NCBI GenBank assembly: GCA_003599485.1
Contig: QZKM01000018.1
Span: 278 to 64,277, forward strand
Direction: 5' to 3'
Length of the DNA: 64,000 nucleotides
Source: Gammaproteobacteria bacterium
GTDB taxonomy: Bacteria; Pseudomonadota; Gammaproteobacteria; SURF-13
The notes beneath the pieces are model-generated. The model searched no databases. It was given only the letters and a program-made list of their open reading frames with translations, and was not told the origin of the DNA. The translations under genes and the position numbers were made by a program. Shown here one piece after another: positions 12,495 to 21,912 of the stretch (the stretch's first letter is position 1; the number at the start of each line of letters is the position of its first letter).

Positions 12495-14174
12495 TTATCG
12501 AAGCATAACAAACAGCAACAGCAAATTTAGGATCAGTGACACAATAAACAGCGCTTTCCAGTGTTGAGGGCGGATGCGCTCAAGCAAAGGCGCTTTGCGT
12601 TGCGGGTGGCTGGTTGGCGGAGGACTGCTCAGCGCCGCGGCAAAATCTGCGGCGTGGGGGTAGCGTTGGCTTGGGTCGGGGGCGCAGGCCTGGCGCAGGA
12701 TTTCGGACAGCCAGTGCGGCACGTCGGGGTTGTAGCGCTCAGGCGGGATGAAGCGGCTGTAGGAAGGATGGGTGAAGGGTTCGATTTCACCATAGGGGTA
12801 TTTTCCGGTGAGCATCTCGTATATCGTCACCGCCGCGGAGTAGACGTCTGCACGCTCATCGGCCTCTCCGCCCGCCATCACCTCGGGCGCAATGTAGCTC
12901 GGCGTGCCGACGGGCGTGAGCGATTGACTGCCCGCGTCCATGCGCTCGATGCGGCTTACTCCGAGATCGAGCAGGCGCACCCGGTGTTCGGCGTCTATCA
13001 GAATATTTTCCGGTTTCACGTCGCGGTGGATCACGCCCTTGCGATGCAGATGGTCGAGGCCGGTTAGGATCTGCTGCGCCAGCGACAGCGTTTCGTGCAC
13101 GGACAGTCCGCTTTTCCGTTTGATGCGCGCGGCCAGAGTCTCGCCGTGGTGGAACACCATCACCGTGTAGAGCGCGCTGCGCCGTCCCGGGGTAAGCATG
13201 ATGGTCTTTACCACGTGCGGGCTGTCCAGGCGCCGGCCCAGCCATTCCTCGCGCAGAAAATAACTCACGAACGCGGCGTCATCGGCGTAACGCGGGTTGG
13301 GAAATTTTAGCGCCACGCGCTGGCCGGTTTCACTGTCCACCGCGGCATACAAGGTGGACAAACGTCCGCTGTGCAGGCGCTCGCCGATGACGAAGCCGTC
13401 CACCGTGTCGCCCGGTTTCGGCAGCGCACGGATGGGCAGCGCGGTGATGCTGAGACTGATATCGGATGCGGTCTCGGGCGGGAGCTTTTCCACGCGCGCC
13501 ACGCACGCGCTGACGTTATCCATGCTGCCCGCCTTGAGCGCTTGCAGCACCAGAGTCTCGGCAATGTCCTGCGCGCCGTGATTTTCCCGGGCAAGCACCT
13601 CGGTTATTGTCTGGACATCCAGCGTTTCGTGCACGCCGTCGCTGGTGATGAGAAACACGTCGCCTTCCTGCAGTTCCCCGCTTTGCACGTCGGCGTTGAG
13701 TTGTACATCCAACCCGCACGCGCGCGTAATCATGGAACCGATGTGCGCGTAGGGACGGCTGTGATCGGTGGTGACCTGCGTGAGCAGCCGGTTGCGGTAC
13801 AACCAGACGCGCGTGTCGCCCACGTGGCCGACGGCCCAGCGGCGATTGCGCAGCACCAGGGCGGAGAGCGTGGTGGCCCGGCCCGCTGGCGGTTCGGCCA
13901 GCACGGCGCGGTTGGCAGCAATGAAGCAATCCCTGAGCGTGTGCTCCAGGGTCAGGGTTTCGGGAGCGGCGTAGTATTCATCGCGCAAGGTGCGAATCGC
14001 GCACTCGGCGGCCTCTTTCCCTCCCGCCATGCCGCCCACGCCGTCGGCCACGGCGAACAGCGCGCCGTAGTCGAGATATTGGCCCGTGCTCGGCGTGATG
14101 ACGAGACAACTGTCTTCATTGGCCTTGCGTTTCCCCCCTTGCGACGAGCAACCGGCATCCAGAGTCAAGCTCAT
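12495..14174 (-). CDS. Bifunctional PP2C phosphatase / Ser-Thr kinase with C-terminal TM helix
   Basis: PP2C motifs NED, VADGVGG, SDGV, DN; kinase motifs VALK, HRDVKPEN, DLG, GTPSYIAPE; hydrophobic C-terminus. Confidence 0.92.
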   Translation of the reverse strand: MSLTLDAGCSSQGGKRKANEDSCLVITPSTGQYLDYGALFAVADGVGGMAGGKEAAECAIRTLRDEYYAAPETLTLEHTLRDCFIAANRAVLAEPPAGRATTLSALVLRNRRWAVGHVGDTRVWLYRNRLLTQVTTDHSRPYAHIGSMITRACGLDVQLNADVQSGELQEGDVFLITSDGVHETLDVQTITEVLARENHGAQDIAETLVLQALKAGSMDNVSACVARVEKLPPETASDISLSITALPIRALPKPGDTVDGFVIGERLHSGRLSTLYAAVDSETGQRVALKFPNPRYADDAAFVSYFLREEWLGRRLDSPHVVKTIMLTPGRRSALYTVMVFHHGETLAARIKRKSGLSVHETLSLAQQILTGLDHLHRKGVIHRDVKPENILIDAEHRVRLLDLGVSRIERMDAGSQSLTPVGTPSYIAPEVMAGGEADERADVYSAAVTIYEMLTGKYPYGEIEPFTHPSYSRFIPPERYNPDVPHWLSEILRQACAPDPSQRYPHAADFAAALSSPPPTSHPQRKAPLLERIRPQHWKALFIVSLILNLLLLFVMLR

Positions 14175-14180
14175 GCGTCA

Positions 14181-15467
14181 TTATACTTTGGCGGTCGTCA
14201 CCGTGGACGAACCCCAGGTGGTGCGCCAACGGGTTTTGACCAGGACAAGGCCAACCAGACCGAATAGCGCCAGCCCCGCGAACAGCCAGAAGCCGGCGGC
14301 GAAATCGCCGGTGATGCCCTTGGACCAGCCCAGTGTCTTGGCAAGAAAAAAGCCGCCTAGCCCGCCCGCGGCGCCGACCAGACCGGTGATAATGCCCATC
14401 TCGCGCCGGAAGCGCAGCGGCACCAGTTGAAACACCGAACCGTTGCCCATGCCGAGCGCCATCGCGCCGATGAAAAAAAGAGTCACCGCCAGCCAGGCGA
14501 CGGGCGGCAGGCCGGACAAACTCCAGCCCGCGACCTTGGCGGTGCTCGCCGCCAGTGCTTCCGGCGCCGGGCCTTCCGGCAGAAAGGCGATGCTGAAATA
14601 GCTCAGCGCCACCACTACGAATAATATCTGCAAGGCGCGGATGCCGCCGATGCGGTCGGCGAGCCATCCGCCGACGGGGCGGAACATCGAGCCGGCGGCG
14701 ACCACCAGGGCCGCCATCATGCCCGCCGTGATGCCCGAGGCGTGATACCAGGTGGAAAAATACAGCGGCAGCGCGTTGCCCAGCCCGACGAATCCGCCGA
14801 AGGTGATGGAGTAGAAAAACATGAACCACCAGGTGTCGGGATCGCCCAGCACCAGGCCGTAGTTTTTCAAGGTCACGGGGGCGCGCTGGTCCGGCGCGTC
14901 CCTGGCCATGAGGCTGTACAGGATAAACACCAGCACCACCGGGATCAGCAAAAAGCCGAACACGTTTTGCCAGCCGAAGGTTTCGGCAAACCAGGGAACC
15001 AGCAGCGAATCGAACACCACCCCGACGTTGCCCGCCCCGGCGATGCCGAGCACGATGCCCTGATAATGCGGCGGATACCAGCGGCTGGCCTGCGGGATGG
15101 CCACTGCGAAGCTCGCCCCGGCAAAGCCCAGCACCATGCCGAAGAGTTGCACCGCCAACTTGGAGTGCAGACCGAATAGCCAGACGTAGAGCAAGGCGGC
15201 AATGATGATGAGCTGCCCTATTTGCCCCGCGCGCTTGGGCCCGATGTGGTCGGCGAACATGCCCATGGGCACGCGCAGCAGCGCGCCGGACAGGATCGGT
15301 ATCGCCACCAGGCCAAACTTTTCTTCGATACTGAGGTTTAAATCCTGCATCAAGTACAGCGCCAGCGGCCCCAGCACGACCCAGACCATGAAGCTGACGT
15401 CGAAATATAAAAAGGCTGACAGCAGCGTCGGCCAGTGTCCGGTCTTGAGAAAGTCCTTTAGATTCAC
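14181..15467 (-). CDS. narK: NarK/NasA-family MFS nitrate/nitrite transporter
   Basis: GHWPTL..FLYFD, GASFAVA...WYPP, GAGNVG, GMGNGSVFQLVP; multiple TM helices. Confidence 0.93.
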   Translation of the reverse strand: MNLKDFLKTGHWPTLLSAFLYFDVSFMVWVVLGPLALYLMQDLNLSIEEKFGLVAIPILSGALLRVPMGMFADHIGPKRAGQIGQLIIIAALLYVWLFGLHSKLAVQLFGMVLGFAGASFAVAIPQASRWYPPHYQGIVLGIAGAGNVGVVFDSLLVPWFAETFGWQNVFGFLLIPVVLVFILYSLMARDAPDQRAPVTLKNYGLVLGDPDTWWFMFFYSITFGGFVGLGNALPLYFSTWYHASGITAGMMAALVVAAGSMFRPVGGWLADRIGGIRALQILFVVVALSYFSIAFLPEGPAPEALAASTAKVAGWSLSGLPPVAWLAVTLFFIGAMALGMGNGSVFQLVPLRFRREMGIITGLVGAAGGLGGFFLAKTLGWSKGITGDFAAGFWLFAGLALFGLVGLVLVKTRWRTTWGSSTVTTAKV

Positions 15468-15500
15468 TCAGTCTCACTCCTTATAGGGATAATCATGGCG

Positions 15501-18191
15501 TCAAGCACATTGCTTTACGGTCTGCGCAATCAGCGCCTTCAACTCGGGGATACAGGAACCGCAGTTGGTGCCCGCTTTAAGACGTTGGCCGATGGCCTCC
15601 ACGCTGTGCAGGCCGTCGCGTTGTATCGCGCGCAGCAGGGTGTTGCGCCCCACGTTGAAGCAAGCGCACACCGTGGCGCCGGCGTCCTCCACGGCGGCCA
15701 ATGGCCGTGCGGCAAGCAGGCTGTTGCGTTCCGCGTTCGTGAGCGCGCGCTTGAGGGCGAATAACTCCATCAGCCACGAGCGCGAGGGAAGTTCTGGGCC
15801 GGGGGCCACAAACAGACAGCTTTCCAGGCGCTGGTTCAACAGCCGCGCGCCGCGGTAACATCCGGCGCCACGATCGAGATAATCAATCCAGGCGACACGG
15901 TCGTTTTCACTGTCTTTGGGCGCGCAAAGCAGCGCGCGCGCCCACGCGCTCCAGTCGCCGGGTTGCGTCTCGCCCGCCAATTCATAACGCCACAACTCCA
16001 CGCCCCTGGCGCGCGCCCAGTAACTCACGTCATGCAGCGCCAGCTTGCGGCGCGACAACAAAAATCCATGCCAGCGCGGGCGGTAGGCGCTCACCCGCAC
16101 CGGCGTGTGCTTGGATTCCGGCTGGCCGGAAACCGGGTCCACCACGGGATGCACCAGCGCATCCACACGCGCCTGTGCGGCGAATTGATCGTTCCAGTGC
16201 ATGGGGACGAATACATTGCCGGGCAGCTGTGCGTCGTTCAGCATCGCACGCAGCGTGACGCTTCCGAGCCGGCTGGTCACACTTATCAAATCGTGTTGCC
16301 GTATACCGAGCGGCTCCGCATCCTGCGGATGCAACTCGGCATACGGTTCATACGTGTGGCTGGATAAACGCGCGGACTTGCCGGTGCGCGTCAAGGTGTG
16401 CCAGTGATCGCGCACGCGCCCGGTGTTGAGCACCATGGGATAGGCCTGATCCACCGGATGACGGGGATCACGCGGCGTGACGGGGATAAAGCGCGCCTTC
16501 CCCAACGGCGTATAAAACTGCCCGTCTCCAAACAGACGTTGTGTGCCGGCGGAACCGGGCTGCACTACCGGCCATTGGGTGGGCGGCAGCGTATCATAGG
16601 CGGCCTCATCCAAACCGCACAGCCCGGAAATGTCGAAGTCGCGCGCGCCGTCGTTCTCAAACCCGGACAGCGCCGCGTGCTCATTAAAGATTTGCGCGGG
16701 CGATGAGTAGTTGAACGCGTGCGTGTAGCCCATGCGTTTTGCCACTTGCGCGATGATCCACCAATCCGGCCGCGCCTCGCCGGGCGCAGGCAGAAATTTG
16801 CGCTGACGTGAAATACGCCGCTCGGAATTGGTCACCGTGCCGTCTTTTTCGCCCCACGCCGCCGCAGGCAACAAGACGTGGCCATAGGCCGTGGTGTCTG
16901 TATGGCGCACGCAGTCTGAAACGGCGACGAACTCACACGACTGCAACGCCTTACACGCCGCATCCGCGTCCGGCAGACTCACCACCGGATTGGTCGCCAT
17001 GATCCAGATGGCCTTGATCTTCCCCTCCCCCAGCGCACGAAACATGTCCACCGCCTTGAGCCCCGGTTTGTCCGCGATGACGGGCGATTGCCAGAAACGC
17101 TGTACGCGCGCGCGGTGTTCCGGAATCTCCAGCTCCATGTGCGCCGCCAATTGATTCGCCAGCCCTCCCACTTCGCGCCCGCCCATGGCGTTGGGCTGTC
17201 CGGTGAAGGAAAACGGCCCCATGCCGGGCCGGCCGATGCGTCCGGTGAGCAGATGGCAATTGATAATGGCGTTGACCTTGTCGGTGCCGCTGGAGGACTG
17301 ATTCACGCCCTGCGAGTAGACGGTCACCGTCTTTTCCGTGGCGGCGAACAGATCAAAAAACGCCTGCACCTGCGTTGCATCGAGTCCACATTGGAGGGCC
17401 GCGGCATCCGCGCCGGGCACGCTGACCAACGCGCTGTTTACCGCGGCCTCCACGCCTTCGGTATGAGCGCGGATATAGGCGTCATCGCGCCGACCGTTCA
17501 CGTGCAAATAACCCAGCAGGCCGTTAAACAGCGCCGCGTCGCTGCCGGAGCGCAACGCAAGATGCAGATCGGCGATGTCGCAGGTCGCGGTGCGGCGCGG
17601 GTCTATCACCACGATCTTGAGCCGGGGATTGGATTTCCTGGCGTGGGCGATGCGCTGAAACAATACCGGATGGCACCAGGCGGTATTGGAGCCCGCCAAT
17701 ACGATCAAATCCGCAAGCTCCAGGTCTTCATAGCAGCACGGCACCGTGTCACTGCCGAAGGCGCGTTTGTGTCCCGCGACGCTGGAGGCCATGCACAGGC
17801 GCGAGTTGGTATCAATATTGGCTGAACCGATAAATCCCTTCATCAGTTTGTTGGCGACGTAATAATCTTCCGTGAGTAATTGTCCGGATACATAAAACGC
17901 CACGGCGTCAGGCCCCTGCTCACGAATAATGCGTGCAAAGTTTTGCGCGATGGCGTCCAGCGCCGTGTCCCAGGTGCAGCGTTCGCCCCCCATTTCGGGA
18001 TAAAGCAGCCGCCCCTCCAGGTCTATGGTTTCAGCGAGCGCCGCGCCCTTGGAACACAGGCGTCCGAGGTTGGCCGGGTGCGTCTCGTCGCCGCTTATTT
18101 GCACGCTGCCGCCGGCTTGGACGGCGGCGGCTATCCCGCAGCCCACGCCACAATAAGGACAGGTGGTTTTTACACCCTCCGCGCCGGTCAT
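15501..18191 (-). CDS. nasA: Assimilatory nitrate reductase catalytic subunit (Mo-bisPGD, C-terminal BFD-like 2Fe-2S)
   Basis: TTCPYCGVGCG, NSRLCMASS, GQPNAMGGRE, CACFNVG...GTNCGSC. Confidence 0.96.
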   Translation of the reverse strand: MTGAEGVKTTCPYCGVGCGIAAAVQAGGSVQISGDETHPANLGRLCSKGAALAETIDLEGRLLYPEMGGERCTWDTALDAIAQNFARIIREQGPDAVAFYVSGQLLTEDYYVANKLMKGFIGSANIDTNSRLCMASSVAGHKRAFGSDTVPCCYEDLELADLIVLAGSNTAWCHPVLFQRIAHARKSNPRLKIVVIDPRRTATCDIADLHLALRSGSDAALFNGLLGYLHVNGRRDDAYIRAHTEGVEAAVNSALVSVPGADAAALQCGLDATQVQAFFDLFAATEKTVTVYSQGVNQSSSGTDKVNAIINCHLLTGRIGRPGMGPFSFTGQPNAMGGREVGGLANQLAAHMELEIPEHRARVQRFWQSPVIADKPGLKAVDMFRALGEGKIKAIWIMATNPVVSLPDADAACKALQSCEFVAVSDCVRHTDTTAYGHVLLPAAAWGEKDGTVTNSERRISRQRKFLPAPGEARPDWWIIAQVAKRMGYTHAFNYSSPAQIFNEHAALSGFENDGARDFDISGLCGLDEAAYDTLPPTQWPVVQPGSAGTQRLFGDGQFYTPLGKARFIPVTPRDPRHPVDQAYPMVLNTGRVRDHWHTLTRTGKSARLSSHTYEPYAELHPQDAEPLGIRQHDLISVTSRLGSVTLRAMLNDAQLPGNVFVPMHWNDQFAAQARVDALVHPVVDPVSGQPESKHTPVRVSAYRPRWHGFLLSRRKLALHDVSYWARARGVELWRYELAGETQPGDWSAWARALLCAPKDSENDRVAWIDYLDRGAGCYRGARLLNQRLESCLFVAPGPELPSRSWLMELFALKRALTNAERNSLLAARPLAAVEDAGATVCACFNVGRNTLLRAIQRDGLHSVEAIGQRLKAGTNCGSCIPELKALIAQTVKQCA

Positions 18192-18520
18192 GCGCTTTTC
18201 TGCAGCTCATCAGGCCGGAGTGATATACTCACCACGCCCTGCTCCACTTTCACCGGATAACAGGCTGTACGCCCCTCATCCGGCGCTACGGCGGAGCCGG
18301 TCACCAATTCGATCACCCAGTTGTGCAGCGGGCAGGTCACACGATTGCCGTGCACAATGCCCTGTGACAGCGGCCCGTTCCTGTGCGGACATTTGTCGTT
18401 GAGCGCGAATACTTCGTTATTTGCCGTACGGAACAGCGCGATGTCACCCTGCGCCGTGCGCATCACGCGTGCGCCCAGTATGGGGATATCTTCCAAACAT
18501 CCCGCTTCGATCCACTGCAT
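18188..18520 (-). CDS. nirD: Nitrite reductase small subunit (Rieske-type)
   Basis: CPHRNGPLSQG...CPLH; start at ATG 18520. Confidence 0.93.
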   Translation of the reverse strand: MQWIEAGCLEDIPILGARVMRTAQGDIALFRTANNEVFALNDKCPHRNGPLSQGIVHGNRVTCPLHNWVIELVTGSAVAPDEGRTACYPVKVEQGVVSISLRPDELQKSA

Positions 18521-18528
18521 GGCTGGGC

Positions 18529-20967
18529 TCACACCACTTCTCTGAGGGGCGTGAATTCGTGTTTCTGTACTTCGCGTTGAGCCCGCTCCGCCCAGGGATC
18601 CAGTTGCGCGTATTTTTGTGATTCGATGAACCGCGCATACAGCGCCTTGCGCCCCTCTGTATCCTCCACCACGCGCTGCTTGACGTAGGCGAGCCCAACA
18701 CGCTCTATCCACGGCGCAGTACGGTCAAGATAACGCGCCTCTTCCCGGTACAACTGGATAAAAGCGCAACAATATTCTTCCACTTCGTCCTCGGTCGCCA
18801 CCTTGCACAGCAGATCGGTCGGGCGTATCTTCACGCCACCGTTGCCGCCGACGTGCAGCTCCCAGCCAGAATCCACCGCGACCACGCCGAAGTCCTTGAT
18901 GGTCGCCTCGGCGCAGTTGCGCGGACAACCCGACACCGCCATCTTGAACTTGTGCGGCATCCACGAACCCCAGGTGCGTTTTTCCAGGCGGATGCCCATG
19001 GCGGTGGAATCCTGCGTGCCGAAGCGGCACCATTCTTTGCCGACGCAGGTCTTCACGGTGCGCAGCGCCTTGCCGTAGGCGTGGCCGGACACCAAGCCGC
19101 CCTTGCCCAGTTCACGCCACACCGCGGGCAAATCTTCTTTCTTCACGCCCAGCAGATCAATGCGCTGCCCGCCGGTGACCTTGACGGTGGGGATGCTGAA
19201 CTTGTCCACCACGTCGGCGATGGTGCGCAGCTCATTGGAATTGGTGACGCCGCCCCACATGCGCGGCACAACCGAATAAGTGCCGTCCTTCTGAATATTG
19301 GCGTGCGCGCGCTCGTTGATGAAGCGCGATTGCGGGTCATCCTGATATTCCGCGGGCCAGGCGCACAACAGGTAATAATTGAGCGCGGGACGGCAGGAGT
19401 GACAGCCATCCGGATTAAGCCATTTAAAATGAGTCATGACCTCGCGTATCGTGAGCAGATGCTGTTCGCGTATGGCCTTGCGCACCTCATCGTGCGTGTG
19501 GTCGGTGCACTTGCACAACGGTTTTTCCCTGGGCGCAGCCGCGTAACCCCCGCCCAGCACCGAGGCCATGATCTGTTCCACCAGCCCGGTGCAGGAACCG
19601 CACGAAGAGGACGCCTTGGTGTGCGCGCGCACCTCTTCCAGCGTGAACAGGCCTTTTTCGGTGATCGCCTTGACGATGGCCCCCTTGCACACGCCGTTAC
19701 AGCCGCACACCTCCATGCCATCGCTCATTGCGGCCGCCTTGTTCTGGCCGCCGTGGCCCGCGTCGCCGAGATGCGCCTGACCGAACATGAGCTGATCGCG
19801 GAACGCGGCGACGTCGGCGCCGTCGCGCATCAACTGGAAATACCAGGCCCCGTCCACGGTGTCTCCATACAACACCGCGCCTTGAATGCGGTTGCCGCGG
19901 ATCACCAGCTTTTTGTACGCACCCTGCGATGCATCCTTGAGCACAATCTCTTCACTGCCCTCGCCGCCGTTGAAATCACCTGCGGAAAACAGCTCTATGC
20001 CGGTGACCTTGAGTTTGGTCGAGACCAGTGAACCTTGATAGCGCAGGTAGCCGAAGTGAGCAAGATGATTGGCGCAGACCCTGGCCTGCTCGAACAGCGG
20101 CGCGACCAAGCCGTAAGTTTGGTTGCGGTGCTGCACGCACTCGCCGACGGCGTAGATACTGGGGTCATACGTTTGCAGCGTATCGTTCACCACGACGCCG
20201 CGCTCGCAATAAATGCCGGATTTTTTCGCCAGCTCTATGTTGGGCCGGATACCCGCCGCCATCACGACGAGATCGGCATACAGTTCGGAGCCGTCTTCGA
20301 AACGCACACCGCGCACGCGCTTCTCGCCCAGAATCTCCACAGTCTGCGCGGGCATGTGGAAATGCATGCCGCGTTGTTCCAGCGATAGCCGCAGCATTTC
20401 GCCCGCCACCCTGTCCAATTGACGTTCCATCAGCGTCTCGTGGATGTGCACCACGGTCACGCTCATGCCCTGGCGCATCAGGCCATTCGCCGCCTCCAGA
20501 CCCAGCAAACCGCCGCCGATCACCACCGCGTGCCGGTATTTTTCCGCGGCGGCGATCATCGCCTGCACGTCGCGGATATCGCGGAAGGTCACTACCCCCG
20601 GCAGGTCTTTCCCCGGCACCGGAACCACAAACGGATTCGAGCCGGTCGCCAGCACCAGACGGTCATAAACCGCACTGGCGCCGTCAGCGGTGATGACCCT
20701 GCGCCTGGCGCGGTCTATCCAGGCCACTTCGGTACCGCAATGGAGCATGATGCCGTTGTCTGCGTACCATTGCCTATCATTGAGCATGATCTCGGCTATG
20801 GTCTTCTCACCGGCCAGCACGGGCGAGAGCAGAATGCGGTTGTAATTACCGTAGGGCTCGGAACCGAACACGGTAATCTCGTATTTATCCGGCGCGACCT
20901 TCAGCAGTTCCTCCAGAGTACGCACTCCGGCCATGCCGTTGCCGACCAATATCAGCTTCTCTCTCAT
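18529..20967 (-). CDS. nirB: NAD(P)H nitrite reductase large subunit
   Basis: GNGMAG, GGGLLGLEAA, BFD cysteines, siroheme motifs TCVG...C and SGCPRNC; start at ATG 20967. Confidence 0.97.
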   Translation of the reverse strand: MREKLILVGNGMAGVRTLEELLKVAPDKYEITVFGSEPYGNYNRILLSPVLAGEKTIAEIMLNDRQWYADNGIMLHCGTEVAWIDRARRRVITADGASAVYDRLVLATGSNPFVVPVPGKDLPGVVTFRDIRDVQAMIAAAEKYRHAVVIGGGLLGLEAANGLMRQGMSVTVVHIHETLMERQLDRVAGEMLRLSLEQRGMHFHMPAQTVEILGEKRVRGVRFEDGSELYADLVVMAAGIRPNIELAKKSGIYCERGVVVNDTLQTYDPSIYAVGECVQHRNQTYGLVAPLFEQARVCANHLAHFGYLRYQGSLVSTKLKVTGIELFSAGDFNGGEGSEEIVLKDASQGAYKKLVIRGNRIQGAVLYGDTVDGAWYFQLMRDGADVAAFRDQLMFGQAHLGDAGHGGQNKAAAMSDGMEVCGCNGVCKGAIVKAITEKGLFTLEEVRAHTKASSSCGSCTGLVEQIMASVLGGGYAAAPREKPLCKCTDHTHDEVRKAIREQHLLTIREVMTHFKWLNPDGCHSCRPALNYYLLCAWPAEYQDDPQSRFINERAHANIQKDGTYSVVPRMWGGVTNSNELRTIADVVDKFSIPTVKVTGGQRIDLLGVKKEDLPAVWRELGKGGLVSGHAYGKALRTVKTCVGKEWCRFGTQDSTAMGIRLEKRTWGSWMPHKFKMAVSGCPRNCAEATIKDFGVVAVDSGWELHVGGNGGVKIRPTDLLCKVATEDEVEEYCCAFIQLYREEARYLDRTAPWIERVGLAYVKQRVVEDTEGRKALYARFIESQKYAQLDPWAERAQREVQKHEFTPLREVV

Positions 20968-21007
20968 CTGAAACCCTCGTACTTCGAACTTTGGATAAGA
21001 GTGTCTC

Positions 21008-21023
21008 AGCAAGTTATGGGCCA
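21008..21023 (-). promoter_or_regulatory. Sigma54 (-24/-12) promoter of the nir-nas operon
   Basis: Minus strand TGGCCC-ATAAC-TTGCT matches TGGCAC-N5-TTGCW. Confidence 0.85.
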
Positions 21024-21040
21024 ACCGCGTTTTCCAATCT

Positions 21041-21053
21041 AATCAATTGTTTT
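21041..21053 (+). promoter_or_regulatory. IHF-like site between enhancer and sigma54 promoter
   Basis: AATCAA-TTGT-TTT versus WATCAA-N4-TTR, in an AT-rich stretch. Confidence 0.5.
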
Positions 21054-21107
21054 TAATTATTTTTTTGTCCAGGCACGACAAATGAAAGTAGATGCAGCGG
21101 CGCTGCC

Positions 21108-21155
21108 TGCACCAAATCACAGCAAGCGTGCATTTTGATTCCCGTATTTGGTGCA
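21108..21155. promoter_or_regulatory. Tandem NtrC-like enhancer sites
   Basis: TGCACCAAATCACAGCA (21108-21124) and TTCCCGTATTTGGTGCA (21139-21155), 31 bp apart; consensus TGCACCA-N3-TGGTGCA. Confidence 0.75.
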
Positions 21156-21252
21156 GAAAACTTCTTGTGCATACGCGCAGCAACGCGCCAACCCGCGCTG
21201 CGCCGGGATATTTTTCCTCCTGGTATGAGGATTGCTGACTCAATCAAACACA

Positions 21253-21912
21253 ATGCGCGCGCAACCACACGTTACCATTACCGGAGTGATCCTCGCGGGC
21301 GGACAGGGCCGCCGCCTGCATGGTGCGGACAAGGGCTTTCTGGAGCTTGCGGGGAAGCCGCTGGTGGAACATATCCAGCGGTGGCTGGCGCCACAGGTTG
21401 ACCAGATCATCATCAACGCCAATCGCAACCTGCCGCGTTACGCGCGTTATGGCGTGCCGGTAGTGGAGGATGGCGCCGCCGGACATTGCGGCCCACTGGC
21501 CGGGATGCTGAGCGCCATGCGTCACGCCGGGACGGACTATATCCTCACCGCGCCCTGCGATTCGCCTCTACCGCTACGGCAGTACGCGTCGCGCATGCTG
21601 GCTGCGCTGAGGCAAGCCGGGGCCGGCGCGTGCGTGGCGCATGACGGGATACGCCTGCAACCGGTATATGTCCTGTTGCACCGCGGCCATGCGCCTGATT
21701 TGCAGAACTACCTGCGCGGCGGCGGACGCGCGGTTCACGAATGGCTGAAGCGTCACCCCTGTGCGCTGGCGGATTTTTCAGATCAGCCCGAAGCATTCAT
21801 GAACGTGAACACCCCCGGACACTACGCGCGGCTGAAACGGGCCGTTGAAAGCAAATTTGACGTAAACTATGTGGATCATGGAGGCGAAGAAAGACAGCCT
21901 GCTTGGCGTTGA
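21253..21912 (+). CDS. mobA: Molybdenum cofactor guanylyltransferase
   Basis: GVILAGGQGRR..GADKG, GPLAG, PCDSP, FMNVNTP. Confidence 0.93.
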   Translation: MRAQPHVTITGVILAGGQGRRLHGADKGFLELAGKPLVEHIQRWLAPQVDQIIINANRNLPRYARYGVPVVEDGAAGHCGPLAGMLSAMRHAGTDYILTAPCDSPLPLRQYASRMLAALRQAGAGACVAHDGIRLQPVYVLLHRGHAPDLQNYLRGGGRAVHEWLKRHPCALADFSDQPEAFMNVNTPGHYARLKRAVESKFDVNYVDHGGEERQPAWR

